A stretch of DNA of 64,000 nt from Chitinophagaceae bacterium (GCA_947375185.1 CANCEU010000001.1:22279-86278), one strand, 5' to 3'; positions 39,322 to 50,845 are shown, counted from the stretch's first letter. The notes: generated by a model not told the origin, from the sequence alone. Translations and numbers: made by a program.

Positions 39322-40425
39322 TTATTCCCATTTAAAAGTTTTGAATGCAATTGTATACACAATAACAATCCAAATAAACAATACCGAAATGTCTCCCCAA
39401 GAATCCAACAAGCTATTGCCTTCAAATGCAATATCACGCATTGCATTATTAAAATGAGTCAATGGCAATATTTTACAAAAAGGCTGCATCCAAGTAGGGA
39501 AATTATCAATTGAAAAAAAGGTACCTGCTAACAAAAATTGAGGCAAGGTGAAAATATTTGCTAAAGGTGGAATAGTACTTTCATTTTTAGCAACCCCACT
39601 TACAATAAATCCAAAACCCATAAATAAAACTAGTGCTATAAAGCTAAGTGCCATAATACTTCCAAAAGTAGCCCAACCATGTACAAGCGTAAATTTAAAA
39701 GCAAAATGACCAATTGCAATAATAATAATTGCAGTCAATAATTGAAATATTACCCTGCTTAAAGCTTCTCCTAAAATAATGTATAGCCTGCGTATAGGTG
39801 TTGCATAAAATCTTTTTAGAACCAATTGTTGTCTTAAATTAAAAAATACAAAGGCTACTCCAAAAATCCCCGCACTCAATAATGAAAACCCCATTTGCCC
39901 AGGCAAAATAAAATCAATCGTACGATAAATTCTTCCTGGCACCTGCTGAACTGTATTATTGACTACCGCAATGGTAGGTGCATTTGGGTAAGCCCCTTTA
40001 TTAATATTCCCTATTACTGCGTTTAATATAGACTTTACTAACTGAACGTTTTGAGGATTTGCAGCTTCGGAACTTCTCAAATTAATTATATAAGGTGCAT
40101 TTGGATTGCTTGACTTTTGAATATCAATCATTGCTGTGATACGCCCTTTAGATAACTCATTCTTCATTTTAAGCGTGTCCCCATTCACAAATTTCAATCC
40201 TGGGATTTGCTTTATCGAATTATACACCACATTATTTGTATCAGCACTTTTTTCTAATGCAACGGTAACATTAATATTGCCTCCACTGCTCATGAATCCA
40301 AAAACTAAAATAAATATTAAAGGAAAGGCAATACTAAAAACGATAGCTGATGGACTTCGAGATATCGAATGCAAGCTGGCTTTTGTAATTGCCAACATTG
40401 CTTTTAATTGACTATATGGACGCAT
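39322..40425 (-). CDS. ABC-2 type transporter permease
   Basis: IAFPLIFILVFG, DFILPGQMG, LPQFLLAGTFF, LPLTHFNNAMR. Confidence 0.88.
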   Translation of the reverse strand: MRPYSQLKAMLAITKASLHSISRSPSAIVFSIAFPLIFILVFGFMSSGGNINVTVALEKSADTNNVVYNSIKQIPGLKFVNGDTLKMKNELSKGRITAMIDIQKSSNPNAPYIINLRSSEAANPQNVQLVKSILNAVIGNINKGAYPNAPTIAVVNNTVQQVPGRIYRTIDFILPGQMGFSLLSAGIFGVAFVFFNLRQQLVLKRFYATPIRRLYIILGEALSRVIFQLLTAIIIIAIGHFAFKFTLVHGWATFGSIMALSFIALVLFMGFGFIVSGVAKNESTIPPLANIFTLPQFLLAGTFFSIDNFPTWMQPFCKILPLTHFNNAMRDIAFEGNSLLDSWGDISVLFIWIVIVYTIAFKTFKWE

Positions 40426-40432
40426 ATAATTA

Positions 40433-42190
40433 TTATGGATGATTCACTACAAAGATAGGCATTCGCGTTTGAGGTTGACCAACCATTTGTTTAATGGATT
40501 TGAATTGTTGCAATACATTCCACTGATCTACCCCAATTTCCTGTTGAATTGCTTTTGTTTTTACTTTATCCTCATATCCTTCAATTAAATCTTCAATAAA
40601 TGATTTTGATTCAGGATATGATTTTAATCCATACCCTTTTAAATTTGCCATTTTTGCAGCAGCAGCAACGGCATCATTTAAATTACCTACTCTATCTACC
40701 AACCCAACCTTAACCGCATCCGAACCTGTCCAAACTCTTCCTTGTGCAATAGAGTCAATATACTCAACCGATTTTTTTCGTCCCTGAGCAACTCTTGATT
40801 TAAATGCAAAATAAATACTATCCACCCCGGCTTGCATAAATCTTTGTTCAGTTGCATTTAATGGCCTTGTAGAACTTGGCGCATCTGCATAGGTGCTTGT
40901 GTTAACTCGATCAAAAGTTACGCCTAATTTATTTTTCAAGAAGCCACTTAAATTTGGCACCACTGAAAAAACACCAATTGAACCAGTAATTGTATTTGCA
41001 TCTGCAAAAATAGAATCAGCATTACACGAAATATAGTAACCGCCCGATGCTGCATAATTCCCCATGCTTACCACAACTGGCTTTTCTTTTTTTAATAACT
41101 CCAACTCTCTCCAAATAATATCACTTGCCAATGCACTTCCTCCTGGCGAGTTCACTCTTAACACAACTGCCCCAATACTTTTATCATTACGAATTCGTTG
41201 CAACAAAGCTCTATAATCATCACTAGCAATGCTATTATTTTGCCCTTTACCCATTACTATATCACCATCTGCATAAACAATCGCAATTTTTCCAGTTCCG
41301 GATGCTCTTATATTTACCGAAGATGCATATTCATTCATTCCAACAAACAAAATATCTTTCGGATTGGAAACATGCACTTTTTGCGCAATTATCTTTTTTA
41401 CTTCATCATCATACATTAAACCATCTACCAAATGATATTTTAAAGCATCACTTGCATTTTGTACCAACCCTTTATCCGAAAACATTTTTAAACTATCTAT
41501 GGAAATATTTCTTTGTGCTGATGCCCCTTGGATAAAGCAATTGTAAACCCCATTTAACCAAACGCTGGTTTGCAATTTATTGGCTGGAGACATTTCAGTA
41601 TATCTAAAAGGCTCTGTAGCACTTTTGAATTTGCCTGCATAAAAAACTTGTGTTTGAATTTCTAATTTATCCAACAATCCTTTTAAAAACATCGTTTCGT
41701 AAGAGAACCCCGACCACTCCAATCCACCTTGAGGATGTGTATATACTTTATCTGCCACATCACCAATCCAATACCCTTTTTGGGTAATGGTTTCTCCAAA
41801 AGCAATTATGAATTTATGGGAATTTTTGAAATCTAATAATGCTAATCTAATCTCTTCAGTTGCAGCATACCCATTTGGATTTTGTTGGCATTTGATATAT
41901 ATGCCATTAATTGATGGGTCGGTTTTGGCATGTCGGATTAATCCAATCAATTCAGACAAACCTGACACTTTTCCTTTCTTTTTATTTAGTAATTCTGTGA
42001 AAGCATCATTTTTTGCTTGCTCTGGGAAATTATCTGCTATATCTAAAACCAACACCGAATTAGGTGCAATTTGCTTTGGCTCTTCATAAGACAATGCAGT
42101 GGCAATCACAAAGATAAAAACAAGTCCAAGAATTGAGAATATAACTAATGAAACGAATGATGCTAAAACAATTTTGAAAAAATTTTTCAT
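40433..42190 (-). CDS. sppA: Signal peptide peptidase SppA (67K type)
   Basis: GKFKSATEP, LRVNSPGGSALAS, SMGNYAASGGYYI, TITGSIGV, GRVWTG; start moved to MKNFFK. Confidence 0.94.
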   Translation of the reverse strand: MKNFFKIVLASFVSLVIFSILGLVFIFVIATALSYEEPKQIAPNSVLVLDIADNFPEQAKNDAFTELLNKKKGKVSGLSELIGLIRHAKTDPSINGIYIKCQQNPNGYAATEEIRLALLDFKNSHKFIIAFGETITQKGYWIGDVADKVYTHPQGGLEWSGFSYETMFLKGLLDKLEIQTQVFYAGKFKSATEPFRYTEMSPANKLQTSVWLNGVYNCFIQGASAQRNISIDSLKMFSDKGLVQNASDALKYHLVDGLMYDDEVKKIIAQKVHVSNPKDILFVGMNEYASSVNIRASGTGKIAIVYADGDIVMGKGQNNSIASDDYRALLQRIRNDKSIGAVVLRVNSPGGSALASDIIWRELELLKKEKPVVVSMGNYAASGGYYISCNADSIFADANTITGSIGVFSVVPNLSGFLKNKLGVTFDRVNTSTYADAPSSTRPLNATEQRFMQAGVDSIYFAFKSRVAQGRKKSVEYIDSIAQGRVWTGSDAVKVGLVDRVGNLNDAVAAAAKMANLKGYGLKSYPESKSFIEDLIEGYEDKVKTKAIQQEIGVDQWNVLQQFKSIKQMVGQPQTRMPIFVVNHP

Positions 42191-42292
42191 ACTTAATTTT
42201 GATGTGGAAAACAATACCCTCAAAATAGTAGAAGCTAAAATAGGGTTGCGCTGTAAAATTATGGATATTTGGGCTACTTTTATAATCCTTGT

Positions 42293-42781
42293 ATGAACAA
42301 AGTTTACCTTTTGATAGGTGGCAATATGGGCAATCGAATGGCAAACCTTGTACAGGCAATCCATTTAATTAATGAAGAAATTGGCATAATCCAACTAGTT
42401 TCTTCCATTTACGAAACGGCAGCCTGGGGCAATACCGATCAACCTGATTTTTTGAATCAAGCAATTTTTTTGAACGCTACACTTGATGCTGATAGTATTA
42501 TGAATAAACTATTAGATATCGAAATTAAAATGGGGCGCAAAAGGGATATTCCAATGGGCCCAAGAACAATTGACTTGGATATTATTTACTACAATAATGA
42601 CGTAATTTCAAACAAGCTAATAACCATCCCGCACCCTAAATTAGCCGATCGCAGATTCGTGTTAATGCCATTGGCCGAAATTGCACCAAACTACATTCAC
42701 CCTATTTTAAATAAGTCAAATGATGCATTGTTGAAAGAATGTGGAGATTCTTTATCTGTGTATAAAAAAACAGATTTATAA
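42293..42781 (+). CDS. folK: 2-amino-4-hydroxy-6-hydroxymethyldihydropteridine diphosphokinase
   Basis: LLIGGNMG, YETAAWG, DFLNQA, GPRTIDLDII, IPHP. Confidence 0.95.
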   Translation: MNKVYLLIGGNMGNRMANLVQAIHLINEEIGIIQLVSSIYETAAWGNTDQPDFLNQAIFLNATLDADSIMNKLLDIEIKMGRKRDIPMGPRTIDLDIIYYNNDVISNKLITIPHPKLADRRFVLMPLAEIAPNYIHPILNKSNDALLKECGDSLSVYKKTDL

Positions 42782-42822
42782 CCACTTCGCTAACTATATT
42801 TGACCAAGTAGAATAGAAAAAT

Positions 42823-43455
42823 ATGAATTATCGTTTTATAGCAATTGAGGGAAATATAGGCGCGGGAAAAACGACGCTTTCACATTTATTATCTCAACAT
42901 TATAATGCCAAATTGGTTTTGGAAGAATTTGCAGAAAATCCTTTTTTGACAAAATTTTACGAAAACCCAAAGCAATACGCATTTCCATTGGAGTTGTTTT
43001 TTTTAGCTGAGCGATTTAAACAACAACAGGAATTAATTAAAAACAAAGACCTCTTTCAAGAAGTAACTGTTTCTGATTACATTTTTACAAAGTGCTTGTT
43101 GTTTGCAAAAGTAAATTTACCAGAAGAAGAATTTAGGTTATATCAAAAAATGTTTGATGTATTTTATCAGCAGTTAACCCCTCCAGATATTATCATTTAT
43201 TTACACGCCCCTGTAAATCGACTACAAGGAAATATCAAAAAAAGAAACAGAAAGTTTGAACAAGCAATTCCAGATGAATACTTGTTTAAAATTCAAGAGA
43301 CCTATACAAGCTATATCAAGCAACATAATATAAGAACTATATTTGTTGACGCTAGCAATGCTGATTTTTTATACAACGAAGCGCATTTTAAGGTAATCAC
43401 CGATGCCCTAGATAAAGACTTAGATGAAGGCCAGCACTATTTTAATTTGCCTTAA
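42823..43455 (+). CDS. Deoxynucleoside kinase
   Basis: IAIEGNIGAGKTT, NPFLTKFY, ELFFLAERF. Confidence 0.92.
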   Translation: MNYRFIAIEGNIGAGKTTLSHLLSQHYNAKLVLEEFAENPFLTKFYENPKQYAFPLELFFLAERFKQQQELIKNKDLFQEVTVSDYIFTKCLLFAKVNLPEEEFRLYQKMFDVFYQQLTPPDIIIYLHAPVNRLQGNIKKRNRKFEQAIPDEYLFKIQETYTSYIKQHNIRTIFVDASNADFLYNEAHFKVITDALDKDLDEGQHYFNLP

Positions 43456-43464
43456 TTTAGCAAT

Positions 43465-44733
43465 ATGGAACCATCCCCAATAAATACCAAAAACGATCCT
43501 TTCGCTGCCCTAAGAGTAGTTGAATTTAGAAACTTAATGATTGGGAGATTTTTGTTTATCATGGGATTGAGAATGATGGGTACGCTTGTAGGTTGGTGGA
43601 TTTATGAATTAACCAAGCAGCCATTTGCAATTGGACTAATTGGACTTGCCGAAGTAATCCCTGCAGTTTCATTAGCACTATACGCAGGACATGTAATTGA
43701 TATAAGTGAAAAAAGAAAACTCCTACTACGTGGAGTAGTATTGTATTGGGTTTGCGCATTGGCTTTATTAGGTCTTTCTTTTTATAACGATAAAGCTGAT
43801 CATGCCGTCAATAATAACACCCTTGTGATTGCCATTGGCATATACTTTTTAATTTTCTGTACAGGTATTATTCGCTCATTTACTGGGCCTAGTTTTGGAA
43901 CTATTGTGGGCGGCATCATGCCAAAAAATATATTACAAAATGCAACTACCTGGAGCCAAGGCATTTGGCTAACCGCTTCTATCTTAGGACATGCTACTGT
44001 TGGATTTATTATAGCGGGCTTCGGCCATACCGGCGCCTTAATAGTGGTAGTTTGTTTAGTGAGTTTGGGATTTATATTTATTTCAAAAATTAATGCGCAA
44101 CCTCCTCACGCGGACATTGTAATGGATAAAAAGCCAATGGAAAGTGTGAAAGAAGGCTTGCGTTTTGTATTCAATACCAAGGAGGTTTTAGGCGCTTTAT
44201 CTTTGGACTTATTTGCTGTATTATTTGGCGGCGCAGTGGCCATGATTCCTGTATTTGCAAAGGACATTTTAAATGTAGGCCCCATTGGATTTGGATGGTT
44301 AAATGCTGCTTCTGATATTGGAGCAATACTTGTTATTTTTGTCATTACAATTTTCCCAGTTAACGCTGGCCAAGGTAAAAAATTATTACTTGCAGTGGGT
44401 GGATTTGGCATTTGCATTATTGTATTCGCACTTTCAAAAATATTTTGGATTTCTTTCGCAGCCCTAGTATTAAGTGGCATTTTAGACGGCTTTAGTATGA
44501 TTGTCCGTGGCACAATTGTACAACTAAAAACACCCGATCATATGCGAGGAAGGGTGATGAGTGTAAATTCTATGTTTATAAACAGCAGCAACGAACTAGG
44601 TCAATTCGAAAGTGGGGTAGCTGCAAAATTAATAGGGGTAATTCCTTCGGTTGTTTTTGGAGGCTCCATGACTTTACTTGTTGTATTCACCACTTGGTTT
44701 AAGGCACCAAGCTTACGTAAAATGGAGTACTAA
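43465..44733 (+). CDS. MFS transporter (MFS_3/MefA-like)
   Basis: 12 hydrophobic segments, GHVIDISEKRKLL, TPDHMRGRV. Confidence 0.85.
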   Translation: MEPSPINTKNDPFAALRVVEFRNLMIGRFLFIMGLRMMGTLVGWWIYELTKQPFAIGLIGLAEVIPAVSLALYAGHVIDISEKRKLLLRGVVLYWVCALALLGLSFYNDKADHAVNNNTLVIAIGIYFLIFCTGIIRSFTGPSFGTIVGGIMPKNILQNATTWSQGIWLTASILGHATVGFIIAGFGHTGALIVVVCLVSLGFIFISKINAQPPHADIVMDKKPMESVKEGLRFVFNTKEVLGALSLDLFAVLFGGAVAMIPVFAKDILNVGPIGFGWLNAASDIGAILVIFVITIFPVNAGQGKKLLLAVGGFGICIIVFALSKIFWISFAALVLSGILDGFSMIVRGTIVQLKTPDHMRGRVMSVNSMFINSSNELGQFESGVAAKLIGVIPSVVFGGSMTLLVVFTTWFKAPSLRKMEY

Positions 44734-44762
44734 CATTGTAAAAGCCAGATTTTATTGGATTA

Positions 44763-45245
44763 TTATTTTGCTAAAAGGCCAATCATCACATCATGAACTG
44801 CAGGACAAAATTCTGCATTCTTCATAGTGATTTTATCTCTTTTAAAAAACACATCTTCATCTGTATAAGGAAACCTTTCACAATCCGATGGTCGATAATC
44901 GTATATACTACAGGAATTATCTTGATCTAAAAAAGGACATGGCTTAGTCTTAACCACATAATCGCCTTCATTATCCATTGAAAGATACTTTTCGATAAAA
45001 GCAACTTCTTTCATACCCATTGCCTTGCTGATTCGTTTTATATCCGGCATTTTAAAGCGAGGAGAGTAATTTTTACAGCATCTGGCACAATCCAAACAAT
45101 CAATTTTCCCAAAAGCCGCCTCATGCAAGTCGGGCAATTGTTTTAAGATAACGCGCTTGTCCACCCTTTTCAAAAAATTTTGAAACTTTTTGAGTATCTC
45201 CGGAGCCGGAGTTTCATATAAATGTTCAACAGAAGGGTCAATCAT
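44763..45245 (-). CDS. YkgJ family cysteine-cluster (Zn/Fe-chelating) protein
   Basis: [28 protein letters not shown]; start at 45245 supported by a TACTTTTG box 5 nt upstream. Confidence 0.85.
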   Translation of the reverse strand: MIDPSVEHLYETPAPEILKKFQNFLKRVDKRVILKQLPDLHEAAFGKIDCLDCARCCKNYSPRFKMPDIKRISKAMGMKEVAFIEKYLSMDNEGDYVVKTKPCPFLDQDNSCSIYDYRPSDCERFPYTDEDVFFKRDKITMKNAEFCPAVHDVMIGLLAK

Positions 45246-45359
45246 AGCTCCAAAAGTAGCGATTTTCGAGTTCATCCACAAGCTTTCCCCACCTTCTCTA
45301 AAAGCATTCCTTATCCTTTGATTATTAAGTATCTTTGTGGCCATTTAAAACCTCCTTTT

Positions 45360-48218
45360 ATGTTGCAATCAAGTACAAGTGGTGCTGAGTTTATCAAAAG
45401 ACATATTGGCCCAAGTGATGCCGACACACAAAAAATGCTAGAAAGCATTGGCGCAAAATCTTTAAACGAATTAATAGAAAAAACAGTCCCGAATAACATT
45501 CGATTGAAAAAGCCAATGAATATCCCAAGTGGGCTAACTGAATTTGAGATGTTAAATTCCATTAAAGCTATTGGAGACAAAAATATCATTGCTAAAAATT
45601 TTATTGGTCAAGGTTACTATGGAACTATCACACCTAGTGTAATTCTTAGAAATATTTTTGAAAACCCAGGTTGGTATACACAATACACTCCCTACCAAGC
45701 TGAAATTGCGCAGGGTCGTTTAGAAAGTTTATTGAACTACCAAACAATGGTATCTGACTTAACTGGCTTACCTATCGCAAATGCATCTTTATTAGATGAA
45801 GCAACAGCTGCTGCTGAGGCGATGGCAATGATTTTTAACCATGTTAATAAAGGAGATAATATCACACAACCAAAATTGTTTGTGGATGCAAATATATTTT
45901 CTCAAACAAAAGATGTATTAGCAACTCGTGCTAATCCAATTGGAATTCATTTAATTGAAGGAGACTATCAATCAACTAGTATTGACAATAGTTTCTTTGG
46001 AGCCATATTACAATACCCAAATAGCAAAGGAAGTATTGAAGAATACGCATCATTTATTGAAAAAGTACACCAAGCAGGTGGTTTAGTAATATTAATTGCC
46101 GATATTTTAGCATTAACATTATTAAAGAGCCCAGGCGAATTGGATGTAGATGTGGCGGTTGGTAACACACAACGTTTTGGTGTGCCAATGGGATTTGGAG
46201 GACCACATGCAGCTTACTTTGCTACTAAAGACGAATTTAAAAGAGGCATGCCTGGCCGTTTAATTGGAGTTAGTATTGACGCGCAAGGAAATCGTGCATT
46301 AAGAATGGCATTACAAACACGTGAGCAACATATTAAAAGAGAAAAAGCAACTTCCAATATATGTACAGCTCAGGCATTGCTTGCAAATATTGCAGTTATG
46401 TATGCCGTATATCACGGGCCAGCAGGAATTAAGAAAATTGCTGAAAAAGTACATGGCCTTGCTCAAAGCTTAGATCAACAACTGCAATCATTGGGTTTAC
46501 AACAAGCCAATGCATTTTATTTTGATACTTTACATGTTAGTGGTTTTGACACAATTGCATTAAAGCAATTAGCGACTGAGGCTGAAATTAATTTCAACTT
46601 CTTAAATGACGGAAGTGTAAGTATAACTATTGACGAAACAACTGCCGCTGCAGATATCCAAAGCATTGTTGCCTTGTTTGAAAAATTGACTGGCAAAAAA
46701 GCAAACGCTACCAATGCAAGTGTTAAAAATGCTAATATTCAACAAGGATTAGCAAGAACATCTAAATATTTATTACACCCTGTATTTAATACGCACCATA
46801 GTGAAACACAAATGATGCGTTATATCAAGTACTTAGAGAATAAGGACTTGTCTTTAAATACAAGTATGATTAGTTTAGGTAGTTGTACTATGAAATTAAA
46901 TGCAGCAACTGAAATGATTCCAGTGAGCTGGCCAGCATTTAGTAGTATGCACCCATTTGCACCAAGTCATCAAACTTTAGGATACCAAGAATTAGCAAAA
47001 GAATTAAGTGCCTATTTATGTGAAACAACAGGATTTTCTGCTTGCAGCTTACAACCAAATAGCGGTGCACAAGGAGAATACGCAGGATTATTAACAATTC
47101 GTTCTTATCACCAAGCACGCAATGAAGCGCATCGTGATATTGTATTAATTCCAATTAGTGCGCACGGAACAAATCCTGCAAGTGCAGTAATGGCTGGATT
47201 TAAAGTGGTAGTGGTTGCATGTGATGCAGCAGGAAATATTGATGTGGCTGATTTAAAAGCAAAAGCAGAATTACATAAAGACAATTTAGGGGCATTGATG
47301 GTAACTTACCCAAGCACTCACGGCGTGTTTGAGGAAACGATTATTGATATTTGTCAAACCATTCATGATTTTGGAGGTTTAGTGTATATGGATGGCGCCA
47401 ATATGAATGCGCAAGTTGGATTAACAAGTCCAGGGAATATTGGAGCAGATGTTTGTCATTTAAACTTGCATAAAACATTTGCAATTCCTCATGGTGGTGG
47501 AGGTCCTGGCATGGGCCCGATTTGCGTGAATGATAAATTAGCTCCATTCTTGCCTGGTCACAATTATAATGGCAATGGCGCGAACGCAGTGAGCGCAGCG
47601 CCTTTAGGATCCGCAAGTATATTATTGATTAGTTACGCATATATTAAAATGTTAGGCGCCGAAGGGTTGACGCTGTCTACAGCTTATGCAATTATGAACG
47701 CGAATTATATGAAATCAAGATTAGAAAAATGTTACGACATTTTATATGCTGGTAAAAATGGTACTTGTGCACATGAATTTATCATTGACTTAAGACCATT
47801 TAAAGCAAGCGCTGGTATTGAAGCGGAAGATGTTGCAAAGCGTTTAATTGATTATGGCTTCCATGCACCTACTGTTAGCTTCCCTGTTGCTGGTACAATT
47901 ATGATTGAGCCGACCGAAAGTGAAGACAAGGCCGAATTAGATCGCTTTTGTGATGCCTTAATTGGTATATACAACGAAATTAAAGCAATTGAAAACGGTC
48001 AATTAGACAAAATTGACAACCCATTAAAAAATGCACCGCATACTCAAAAAGTAATTTGTGCTGAGGAATGGAATCATGCATATTCTAGACAAACGGCAGC
48101 TTTCCCTTTACCTTATGTACAAGAAAGCAAATTTTGGCCAACTGTTGCAAGGGTTAATAATACACATGGCGATCGTAATTTGGTTTGCACTTGCGAGCCT
48201 GTTGCATCCTATGCCTAA
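45360..48218 (+). CDS. gcvP: Glycine dehydrogenase (aminomethyl-transferring), P protein
   Basis: [52 protein letters not shown]; start moved to MLQSS. Confidence 0.97.
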   Translation: MLQSSTSGAEFIKRHIGPSDADTQKMLESIGAKSLNELIEKTVPNNIRLKKPMNIPSGLTEFEMLNSIKAIGDKNIIAKNFIGQGYYGTITPSVILRNIFENPGWYTQYTPYQAEIAQGRLESLLNYQTMVSDLTGLPIANASLLDEATAAAEAMAMIFNHVNKGDNITQPKLFVDANIFSQTKDVLATRANPIGIHLIEGDYQSTSIDNSFFGAILQYPNSKGSIEEYASFIEKVHQAGGLVILIADILALTLLKSPGELDVDVAVGNTQRFGVPMGFGGPHAAYFATKDEFKRGMPGRLIGVSIDAQGNRALRMALQTREQHIKREKATSNICTAQALLANIAVMYAVYHGPAGIKKIAEKVHGLAQSLDQQLQSLGLQQANAFYFDTLHVSGFDTIALKQLATEAEINFNFLNDGSVSITIDETTAAADIQSIVALFEKLTGKKANATNASVKNANIQQGLARTSKYLLHPVFNTHHSETQMMRYIKYLENKDLSLNTSMISLGSCTMKLNAATEMIPVSWPAFSSMHPFAPSHQTLGYQELAKELSAYLCETTGFSACSLQPNSGAQGEYAGLLTIRSYHQARNEAHRDIVLIPISAHGTNPASAVMAGFKVVVVACDAAGNIDVADLKAKAELHKDNLGALMVTYPSTHGVFEETIIDICQTIHDFGGLVYMDGANMNAQVGLTSPGNIGADVCHLNLHKTFAIPHGGGGPGMGPICVNDKLAPFLPGHNYNGNGANAVSAAPLGSASILLISYAYIKMLGAEGLTLSTAYAIMNANYMKSRLEKCYDILYAGKNGTCAHEFIIDLRPFKASAGIEAEDVAKRLIDYGFHAPTVSFPVAGTIMIEPTESEDKAELDRFCDALIGIYNEIKAIENGQLDKIDNPLKNAPHTQKVICAEEWNHAYSRQTAAFPLPYVQESKFWPTVARVNNTHGDRNLVCTCEPVASYA

Positions 48219-48260
48219 TGTATTAATAATAGCATACAACAAATAAATTACTAAAATAAC

Positions 48261-48291
48261 AATAGCCTCGTTCAAAAGACGAGGCTATTTT
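48261..48291. terminator. Bidirectional intrinsic terminator after gcvP
   Basis: AATAGCCTCGT-TCAAAAG-ACGAGGCTATT 11-bp inverted repeat flanked by A/T tracts. Confidence 0.85.
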
Positions 48292-48326
48292 ATAAATACA
48301 AGCTGGGGGAAAGATACTAATAAGAA

Positions 48327-48740
48327 CTATCGAGCATCTGCAATTGTACTTGCATGATTATTATTATTCAACATAAATTCATACAATCCGATAATTTTTT
48401 CTTTATCTTTTATTAAGGTATTTAATTTCTCAAGGTCAGACTCCATTGACTTTAATTTTTTATTCTCCGATTCATATCGAAAAGAAAATTCATCTAAACG
48501 CGTATTATTTACTTTTAATGAATCCTCAAATATCATTTGTCCATCACCAGTGAGTACCCATAAAATATTTAAGTCAGGAAAATGATGATGAATTTTAATT
48601 AAGATGTCTGATCCTACAGATCCTAAATTTTTTAACTGTTTTGAATAATACCCATTGGACAAATGGATGTTCCTTTCAAATGCGTGTGGAGAAATGGATT
48701 TAAAGTGGAGATACACTGCAATTCTTTCAATTGGTTTCAT
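48327..48740 (-). CDS. Phage-repressor-like HTH protein with C-terminal coiled coil
   Basis: MKPIERI, AFERNIHLSNGY, GSDILIKI, FPDLNILWVLTGDGQM; heptad-like C-terminus. Confidence 0.7.
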   Translation of the reverse strand: MKPIERIAVYLHFKSISPHAFERNIHLSNGYYSKQLKNLGSVGSDILIKIHHHFPDLNILWVLTGDGQMIFEDSLKVNNTRLDEFSFRYESENKKLKSMESDLEKLNTLIKDKEKIIGLYEFMLNNNNHASTIADAR

Positions 48741-48805
48741 AGCTTTAATTTTATTGGTTATAGTGACTACCCAATATTAAAACCAATCCTCATGTTTAAG
48801 AATAT

Positions 48806-48842
48806 ACTTAGGCCTCATTTAAATTACACTTAGGCCTCATTT
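48806..48842. repeat. 15-bp perfect direct repeat ACTTAGGCCTCATTT x2, 22-bp period
   Basis: Copies at 48806-48820 and 48828-48842; partial CCTCAT at 48788-48793. Confidence 0.9.
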
Positions 48843-48852
48843 TTAATGAACA

Positions 48853-50766
48853 CTACTGCTTTTCGCTAAGCGCTAGCCACCTAAGCTCCGCAATTTCTAG
48901 ATCATGATTAATTTTTGCCAATTTTTCACTTAGTGAAATAATGTCCTCGTAATTTAAACTAGGATTATTCAACTTATTTGTAAGCTCCTCTTTTTCGGCT
49001 TCTAACAATGGCATTTTTTTATCCAACTCAGCGAGCTCTAATTTTTCTTTATAAGTCAATTTTTCTGCTGGCTTCTTTTCATTGTTAATTACAGTTGCTG
49101 TTGTTGCTTTTTCAACGACAGGCGCTTGTTCTTTTGAGGAACTAATATCCGAACTCACGTCGGTATAACTTTGTTTTGATTTTTCTAAAATTCTAAACTG
49201 GGTATAGTTACCTGGGTAATCTCGTATCACACCATCCCCCTCAAAAATGAACAAGTGATCTACTAATTTGTCCATAAAGTACCTATCATGCGAAACCAAT
49301 AATACACAGCCTGCATAATCCAATAAAAACTGTTCTAATACAGCCAAGGTTGGTAAGTCCAAGTCATTAGTAGGTTCATCTAGAATTAGAAAGTTTGGAT
49401 TCTTAAACAAGATTGTTAATAATTGTAATCTCTTTTTTTCTCCTCCACTCAACGCACTCAAGTAAGTATATTGCTTATCGGGTGTAAATAAAAACAATTC
49501 CAAAAATTGAGCTGCACTTAAAGACCCTCCACTTGCTAAAGGAAATTGCTCGGCAAATGTTTTCAGGTATTCAATGACACGCATGTCTTTTTTATATACC
49601 AATCCTTCCTGAGAAAAGTGGCCAAATACAATTGTTTCTCCAACATTTATTTTTCCACTATCCGGCTCGGTAATGCCTTGTAAAATTTGAAGAAAAGTTG
49701 ACTTCCCTACTCCATTCTTACCCACTATTCCTATTCGTTCTCCTTTACTAAATGTATAATCAAATCCCTTCAACACAACTAAATCGCCATAGGACTTATA
49801 TACTTTTTTTGCTTCTATTATTTTCCCACCTAAACGTGTCATTTTCATGTCCAATTGCAAATTGGTATCGTCAATTTTTTGCTTAGCCTTTGCCTCTACT
49901 TCATAAAAATTATCTTGCCTGCTTTTACTTTTTGTTGTCCTTGCCTTTGGCTGTTTCCGCATCCACTCCAATTCTTTTCTAAAAGTATTTTTTGCTTTGT
50001 CAATACTTGCTAACTCTGACTCAATTCGAGCAGCTTTCTTTTCTAAATAATTTTCGTAATCTCCCTTATAGCTATATAATTTTTCACGTTCTAACTCCCA
50101 AATCTCATCCGTTACGGCTTCTAAAAAATATCGATCATGTGAAACCAATAACAAGGTCACTTTTTCTTGTTCTAAATAATTTTCTAACCATTCAATCATA
50201 TTTAAATCCAAATGATTGGTAGGCTCATCCATCAATAACAAAACATGCTTTGGTTCAAACCCGATTTGAATTAATGTTTTTGCTAGTGAAACGCGCTTAC
50301 GCTGACCACCACTTAATTTTGAAACAGGTTGCTCTAAATGATGAATATTTAACTGCGTTAATATTGTTTTTACTTTAGACTCAAAATCCCAGGCATTATT
50401 TTCTTCCATTTCCATAATGGAATTCGTAATCAAATCCTCGTCATCAGACTCCATCGCCATTTCATAATTACTGATGGCTTTCATAGTAGGATGGTCCTGA
50501 TTAAACAAGTTTTGAGTTACTGTAGCAGTCTCAATAAACTGAGGATCCTGCTCAAACATAACCAAATGCACGTCCTTATGAATTTTACAAGTACCCGCAT
50601 CTGGATGCTCTTTGCCTGATAAAATTCTCAACAAAGTGCTCTTTCCAACACCATTTCGGGCAATTAAAGCAATTCGGTCCCCTTCATTAATATTAAAACT
50701 AATCCCCTTAAAAAGGGGGGTAATTCCATAACTTTTAGTTAGTCCTTCAACTGATACATAATGCAT
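48853..50766 (-). CDS. ABC-F family ATP-binding protein (Uup-like)
   Basis: Two ABC cassettes (ARNGVGKST, LSGGQRKR, GKNGVGKST, LSGGEKKR), no TM segments, C-terminal coiled coil. Confidence 0.92.
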   Translation of the reverse strand: MHYVSVEGLTKSYGITPLFKGISFNINEGDRIALIARNGVGKSTLLRILSGKEHPDAGTCKIHKDVHLVMFEQDPQFIETATVTQNLFNQDHPTMKAISNYEMAMESDDEDLITNSIMEMEENNAWDFESKVKTILTQLNIHHLEQPVSKLSGGQRKRVSLAKTLIQIGFEPKHVLLLMDEPTNHLDLNMIEWLENYLEQEKVTLLLVSHDRYFLEAVTDEIWELEREKLYSYKGDYENYLEKKAARIESELASIDKAKNTFRKELEWMRKQPKARTTKSKSRQDNFYEVEAKAKQKIDDTNLQLDMKMTRLGGKIIEAKKVYKSYGDLVVLKGFDYTFSKGERIGIVGKNGVGKSTFLQILQGITEPDSGKINVGETIVFGHFSQEGLVYKKDMRVIEYLKTFAEQFPLASGGSLSAAQFLELFLFTPDKQYTYLSALSGGEKKRLQLLTILFKNPNFLILDEPTNDLDLPTLAVLEQFLLDYAGCVLLVSHDRYFMDKLVDHLFIFEGDGVIRDYPGNYTQFRILEKSKQSYTDVSSDISSSKEQAPVVEKATTATVINNEKKPAEKLTYKEKLELAELDKKMPLLEAEKEELTNKLNNPSLNYEDIISLSEKLAKINHDLEIAELRWLALSEKQ

Positions 50767-50845
50767 AGCGCAAAGATAAGTCCCCTATGCAAGGAAGCCG
50801 TATTTTATTGTACTTTTGTCATCAACAAACTTAAATAGTTTACAA

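Noticed and set aside
45246-45359. Glycine riboswitch upstream of gcvP
   Set aside because: A TATCTTTG box lies about 20 nt before the ATG, leaving no room, and no aptamer motif is visible
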